In this document: in pieces, positions 59,075-64,000 of the stretch | How positions within the stretch are numbered: the stretch's first letter is position 1 | Layout of the letters: each line of letters opens with the position of its first letter | Virus record (IMG/VR): IMGVR_UViG_3300032030_002018 | Source of the DNA: a virus | Taxonomy: Duplodnaviria > Caudoviricetes | Direction: 5' to 3' (one strand) | DNA length: 64,000 nucleotides | The notes under the pieces: generated by a model | The model's database searches: none | What the model saw: only the letters and a program-made list of their open reading frames with translations | Told to the model about the DNA's origin: nothing | Position numbers and translations under genes: made by a program

Positions 59075-59485
59075 TTACTTCAATGATTTTAAAAACCTGT
59101 CAAATTGTTTCTTTGTGAATATCCTGTTTTCGTTTGTGTTTTCCTTATATCCGTGTATCCTGAGTTTTCCATTCATATATGCCCTTTTGTATGGATTGTT
59201 TCCAGAAGAATTAACTTCATCCTTCACCTTGTCAACCATTTGTTTTGCATTCTGTCCTGTTACGGTCAAATCAAGCTGTCCGTCATTATCGTTTGTGTTA
59301 TTGTTATAGTTCTCAGAATCAGCACCAAAGTTGTGCTTGCCAGGATTCTTTGACATAGCGTTGTTCAAATCACTTTGAAGTGTGTTTAAGTTACCTGATT
59401 TATTATCGCTGCCAACAGTTATTTCAGTACTTGTGTTGTCTTCCATCAACAAGTCAAGTTGTCTTTTCGTGAATACGTATTCCAT
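59075..59485 (-). CDS. Hypothetical protein with similar N- and C-terminal FTKxQ motifs
   Basis: MEYVFTKRQLDLLME ... RIFTKKQFDRFLKSL. Confidence 0.7.
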   Translation of the reverse strand: MEYVFTKRQLDLLMEDNTSTEITVGSDNKSGNLNTLQSDLNNAMSKNPGKHNFGADSENYNNNTNDNDGQLDLTVTGQNAKQMVDKVKDEVNSSGNNPYKRAYMNGKLRIHGYKENTNENRIFTKKQFDRFLKSLK

Positions 59486-59572
59486 AATATTAATATTGTT
59501 TTACCACAATAAATATTCATAAAAACAAAAAAAAAGAAGGGATTTTGCATTTCCCTTCTTTCTTCTTTCTCT

Positions 59573-60155
59573 TTATCTGTGTGATACGAATGGATTGTCA
59601 ACTGACACACTGTCATTCTCAATATGTTTGTTGTGCCTCTTGGTTCCTCTCTCTTCCCTCGGCTTGTTATTGATTATTGAATCAACAATCTCATTCACAA
59701 CTCTGTTTATATTTCTCCTCCTTGACTCCATTTGAGGCTTTGGCTGATTTGGTTCTTCAGGTGGCATATCACCTTCAGGTTCTTCCATACCACCGTCATC
59801 AGGCATATCCTCATCGTCACCGTCAATCGCAGATTCAATCATACCGTCAATCCAATCCATAAACTCTTCGTCATATTTACCGGATTTATTGTATTTTCTG
59901 ATTTTATCCGTTAATTTGCCAACATCCTTCTGTATCCTGTTCTTTTCAGCATCGCCGTTATCGTTTGGCATATCCATACCCATATCAGGATTTCCCATAT
60001 CATCAGGTTCTCCCATATCAGGTCCTATTCCATCATCAGGTGGAGGCATCATACCAGGGTCTCCCATAGCATCCGGTCCTTCAGGCATACCACCTGGCGC
60101 TGGACCTAAATCATCCATTGGGGATGGTTTTCTTGGTACTTTCAATACCTTATGC
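59573..60155 (-). CDS. Pro/Gly/Asp/Met-rich ORF, probably a frameshifted extension of the 60150 gene
   Basis: No ATG at its 5' end; the frame is open from the A10 run (KHKVLKVPRKPSP...). Confidence 0.65.
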
Positions 60156-61652
60156 TTTTTTTTTTAAGTTCCTGTTGATTGATTCAGCAATAGCATTAAC
60201 GATTGACTCTGGCTCAACTTCAAATGGTGCGCTACTTCCAATGTACTCACCGTAAGGCTTGTTGTTCCTTACGGAATCGTCGTTCATATCATAGTAACCA
60301 TCAAACTCCTCGTGTTCGTGAGAAGGAAGTGTCATAACCTTTTTCTGATATGCAGGATGCTTTCCGAACATATTGAGTGGGTTCATATTACCAGATGGTA
60401 CTCTTCCCTTATCAGAAAATCTCTTCATACCACCCTCTTTAAGCATCATATTGCGATAATTCCTTGATTCATAAACCTCTTCTTCTTCATCGTCGTCAAA
60501 GTCCTCATCATAAAGGTCGTCATCCTCATAGGTGTCATAATCAGCATAATCAGCGTCACCGCCAACAGCTGCAAGAATATCATCAATCTTATCTTCAAGA
60601 GCATCAAGTCTTGAATTTACAGAATCATCATACTCTTCCTCATCGTCTTCGAAATCCTCTAAATCATCGTCAAAGTCTTCTACATCATCATCAAGTCCTT
60701 CAACGTCAGCGTCAATGTCGTCGTCTGTTTCAAGTTCATATTCTGTATCTCCATCGCCTTCCTCGACGTCTTCGCCATCTTCAATATCCTCGATAGATTC
60801 CTTTACCCACTTGATGTTCTTTCCATTCTTGTTTGTTCCTGGTGTTGGAGTATTCTGGTCATCTTCATCGTGCATTGAAACACCTTCTACCATACTTTCC
60901 TTCTGGTTTGAATCAGGGTCGTCGATTGTGAATGGGTCATCCTTTCCAACGTGTGTTCCGTGTGTTGTGTCAAGATAATCCTCATCATCATTCCAACCCA
61001 ATACATCCTCATTTACAGAAAGAGATTTCTTACTTGGTTTCTTGGTGAACACAGAATCCTTAGGTTTTCCGAATGGATGTCCTTCGTCCTTTATATTGGT
61101 CTTCTGTGTGTCTTTTGCTGCCTTATCAACCTTTGTTGTCTTGCATCCTTCGCCAGAACACTCTGAGAAGCCATTTCCACATTCTGCAACACCACACTCG
61201 CTTACGCCTTTCTTCTCCATAATGAGTGAGGCGTTTTTCATAATCTGCCTTTCGCGTTGTATCTCCTTCTTCATTTTGTTAGTTGCCTCAACAGTGAGGA
61301 ACTCCTTTGCGTCAGGATTCCAGGAATCGATGTTAATCTTGTTCCTGCTTGCCTCATTGATTGACATCATCTTAAGGTCGAACTGCTTCTGTGCATTTGC
61401 AAAACTTGAAAACTCATTTCTCTTTCTGTTTGCAAAACCACCGATGTAATCGAAATTCTCAGCCAATTGGGATTTTGTTGTCGGTGAAACCTTTATGTAG
61501 TACTTAGTACCTTCACGGATTATACCATACAACTTTCCATCAGCTGCAACCTTGGAATACTCAACACTGTTGTAAGAACTGTTCTTACCCTCATCAAGAC
61601 CATACTTCATAAGGGATTTCATTCTATTTAACTGGTTTTTTACGTTGCTCAT
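60150..61652 (-). CDS. Highly acidic putative prohead core/scaffold protein
   Basis: Long D/E tract, many I/L/V-x-E sites, located in the head gene cluster. Confidence 0.65.
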   Translation of the reverse strand: MSNVKNQLNRMKSLMKYGLDEGKNSSYNSVEYSKVAADGKLYGIIREGTKYYIKVSPTTKSQLAENFDYIGGFANRKRNEFSSFANAQKQFDLKMMSINEASRNKINIDSWNPDAKEFLTVEATNKMKKEIQRERQIMKNASLIMEKKGVSECGVAECGNGFSECSGEGCKTTKVDKAAKDTQKTNIKDEGHPFGKPKDSVFTKKPSKKSLSVNEDVLGWNDDEDYLDTTHGTHVGKDDPFTIDDPDSNQKESMVEGVSMHDEDDQNTPTPGTNKNGKNIKWVKESIEDIEDGEDVEEGDGDTEYELETDDDIDADVEGLDDDVEDFDDDLEDFEDDEEEYDDSVNSRLDALEDKIDDILAAVGGDADYADYDTYEDDDLYDEDFDDDEEEEVYESRNYRNMMLKEGGMKRFSDKGRVPSGNMNPLNMFGKHPAYQKKVMTLPSHEHEEFDGYYDMNDDSVRNNKPYGEYIGSSAPFEVEPESIVNAIAESINRNLKKKA

Positions 61653-61800
61653 AATCTAACACTTTGACTTATTATGCAAAATATATTAAATATCAACACA
61701 ATAAAGCCGTTTTTTTAATACATTATTTTTTAATATAAATATAGTTTTAATAAGAAAAAATTTCTTTTTTATAAAAAAAATTATTTTTCTTTGAAAAAAA

Positions 61801-63057
61801 TCAATAACTTGTCTGACTATTATTATCGTGACCACCAGTATCAAACTGTGGTTGGAACATACGTTTGGTGAATTTATCATACGCCCTGATATAAATAGTC
61901 CTTCCTATTTTCTCAGGGTATTGTGAGTATTCAAGACATATACAGTATATATTTCCCATAAGTCTTGTAAGTTCGTTTATCACATAAACCTTGTATGTCT
62001 TTCCGTTCTCCATACTTGTCATAAACTCACCGTAAGTCAATATGAAATTCTTTAATTTTTCTCTTTCTTGTTTCCATCGTTTAGCATATGGATTATGTTT
62101 TGCGTTACCATCGGCAACCACCTCCTCAAAAAGGGGAATATTAATATCATAACCCTCCTCAATAGAGTTAACCTTATCATAAGCATCATTTATCAAATTC
62201 CATACTTTATCGAAATATCCAGACCTTCTTATGACTTTGTATATCACATTCCAAACACCACTTTCACCATACTTCTCCAAAGACTTGGTTCTCTCTTTTT
62301 TAAGTTTATCTATTATACCCTGTGCTGTGTCCATAATCTCCTCTGATATATGACTGTCATCATTTGATTTTAATTCATCAATCATATCGTCAATATCAGT
62401 CATTATGTCAGCAGCTTTCTTTTTGATATAATATTTTGAAAGGGAAATCTCCATCACATCATCAGAATCTGGTTCCTTGACCCATTCATTTTTTTCAAGG
62501 TCATATACACCGTTTGATTGTACTGAATCATTTATGTCCTCAACATAAATCTCAACAGGAAAACCAAATATCTTAAGGTTATCGTGGTCATTATTCCAAT
62601 CGTTTTTCTTTGAATTGTAATACTTCCTTACAAAATCCTCTCGTTCATCAACCTCGCTGAAATCAACAACTATATGCAAATCAATATCAGACTTATCAGA
62701 CCAATTGAAATTGCATATTGAACCAGTTAATAAAACTCCATCCATATCAACCCAATTAGTGTCCGCATATTTCCAAAAATCATCAGCAATATCCAATAAT
62801 TTCAACCTAACCCTTGAATTCAAATCCATACCATCCCAAATCTTGTCAACAAGTCCGCTTTTCTTAGAAAACGATGAAAGACTTATATCAGCAGGACTGA
62901 CTTCAAGTTCGGCATTCTCATTGGTTATGTGCATATAGTCGTTAGCTGAGCCTTCAGTTCCTATCTCATACTCATCAAGCTCAGCGAAACAAGTGTTTTT
63001 GTCCTTAAGTTTACGTACATTCTCCTCGCTAAAAATAACGACCTTCCTATTCATCAA
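61801..63057 (-). CDS. Pol-beta-superfamily nucleotidyltransferase with tag-like leader
   Basis: LLTGSICNFNWSDKSDIDLHIVVD (GS...DxD) and VEIYVED. Confidence 0.8.
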   Translation of the reverse strand: MMNRKVVIFSEENVRKLKDKNTCFAELDEYEIGTEGSANDYMHITNENAELEVSPADISLSSFSKKSGLVDKIWDGMDLNSRVRLKLLDIADDFWKYADTNWVDMDGVLLTGSICNFNWSDKSDIDLHIVVDFSEVDEREDFVRKYYNSKKNDWNNDHDNLKIFGFPVEIYVEDINDSVQSNGVYDLEKNEWVKEPDSDDVMEISLSKYYIKKKAADIMTDIDDMIDELKSNDDSHISEEIMDTAQGIIDKLKKERTKSLEKYGESGVWNVIYKVIRRSGYFDKVWNLINDAYDKVNSIEEGYDINIPLFEEVVADGNAKHNPYAKRWKQEREKLKNFILTYGEFMTSMENGKTYKVYVINELTRLMGNIYCICLEYSQYPEKIGRTIYIRAYDKFTKRMFQPQFDTGGHDNNSQTSY

Positions 63058-63063
63058 TCTTAA

Positions 63064-63324
63064 TTAGTTTTCAGTTTTCTCACTATTAACATCGTCATCA
63101 TCAATAATATCACCGCTTACCCTTTCCTTATCGCATACAGGAATAAGCAAATCATCAGTCTTAGGATAATCCTCAGATACGAATGATTCAAAAGGATAAT
63201 TAGTGTATGTTATACCAGATTTGGCTGTCTTTTCTCCATCAAACTGTGTGTTGCACTGAATTGCAGTGGATACAAACTGCTCACAAGTATCGTATCCGTA
63301 ACCCTCATAATTAATATCAATCAT
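63064..63324 (-). CDS. Hypothetical protein
   Basis: 86-aa ORF behind TATTTATA motifs (63345-63363). Confidence 0.65.
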   Translation of the reverse strand: MIDINYEGYGYDTCEQFVSTAIQCNTQFDGEKTAKSGITYTNYPFESFVSEDYPKTDDLLIPVCDKERVSGDIIDDDDVNSEKTEN

Positions 63325-63391
63325 AATTTTTTAAGTTTTTTTAATATAAATAGTCTATAAATACTATTTATATGAAAACTTTTGAAAAATT

Positions 63392-64000
63392 ATGAAATCA
63401 CGAAAGAAAATATTTATCACAGAAGGTCAATTAAATAAATTACTTCTCATTAAAGAAGGTATTAACAATCAAGATAAATATAGATGGAACTACAATCGTT
63501 GGAGAGTTTCAGGCAGTGGAAATTTTATAACATTAAAGGACAATCGTCAATCAAATGCAACGAATGTGCTTAATGGAAAACCATATGGCTCATTTATGGA
63601 AGCAAAATATGAATTCGAACAAAACGAGAATTCAGAGACCTTCCATAATTATGTATCATCGGCAAAGATATTGTTGAATAGCTGGAAGGGCATAATAAAC
63701 GCTGTAACAGTGAAGGCTGAAGATAGAAAAATCACATCAATACTTGAACCTAGCGCAGAATTTGGATACGCAGACGATTACTTCGGTATGATGTGCAGGT
63801 TTTATTATTGTCCGGAAGTTTTGGAAATGGCGTATTATTACGATGAATTTAAGGCAGAAAAACAGCTAATTGTAAATATGAATGCTGCGATAACACGATG
63901 CACACTAAACCATCCAGAATTCAAAGAATTATATCCAGAAGAACGACCAAAAGTAATGCAAATGATTAGAAACTTAAATTCAGGCGGTGAACCAACAACA
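63392..64000 (+). CDS. Partial CDS with tag-like leader (runs off the window)
   Basis: MKSRKKIFITEGQLNKLLLIKEG... open for 203 codons; TATTTATA at 63365-72. Confidence 0.75.
   Translation, partial: MKSRKKIFITEGQLNKLLLIKEGINNQDKYRWNYNRWRVSGSGNFITLKDNRQSNATNVLNGKPYGSFMEAKYEFEQNENSETFHNYVSSAKILLNSWKGIINAVTVKAEDRKITSILEPSAEFGYADDYFGMMCRFYYCPEVLEMAYYYDEFKAEKQLIVNMNAAITRCTLNHPEFKELYPEERPKVMQMIRNLNSGGEPTT

Noticed and set aside
1-64000. Stop-codon reassignment (TAG or TGA) as in some gut megaphages
   Set aside because: Long genes are intact in the standard code, and TAG and TGA both end genes at sensible positions.
1-64000. CRISPR arrays, tRNA or rRNA genes
   Set aside because: Intergenic gaps are short and show no repeat-spacer pattern or cloverleaf; the repeats seen are coding or isolated hairpins.

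Overview
This window is part of a large, AT-rich tailed-phage genome with T4-like head genes: portal at 54021-56021 and large terminase at 56039-57916. It also carries a family-B DNA polymerase, a SNF2 helicase, a block of paralogous fibre-like genes (about 16-48 kb) and many accessory genes. The standard genetic code fits. The host is probably in Bacteroidota, judged from TTTG-N19-TAnnTTTA promoters and from BspA, FISUMA, DUF5675 and WG-repeat domains. The standout locus is the polymerase (11570-15979), which the ORF track shows as fragments. It reassembles into about 1104 aa only after three processing events. (1) Protein trans-splicing by a naturally split intein inserted in catalytic motif C (GD|TDG), with a homing-endonuclease relic and a second promoter between the halves. 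(2) An 8-nt discontinuity, GGC-TGA-AT-GGT, directly after TDG, shaped like a matched-codon ribosomal hop; a sequence error is the alternative. (3) Removal of a 257-nt ORF-less group I intron (14494-14750) with clear P1/P10/P3/P7 pairings. A second theme is a short leader or tail peptide (RIRLTESxLRRIVxxSV...LxE) on about 18 unrelated proteins, including HNH, SprT, nucleotidyltransferase, WYL and Dps-like proteins. Most of these genes lie behind a TATTTAT motif, which suggests a portable capsid-packaging tag for injected cargo. Other observations: an A10 slippage site joining two head genes, SG/TG enrichment in fibre proteins alongside phage glycosyltransferases, a four-copy terminator family, and a strongly C-depleted repeat module. 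All family assignments come from motif recognition by eye; no searches were run.
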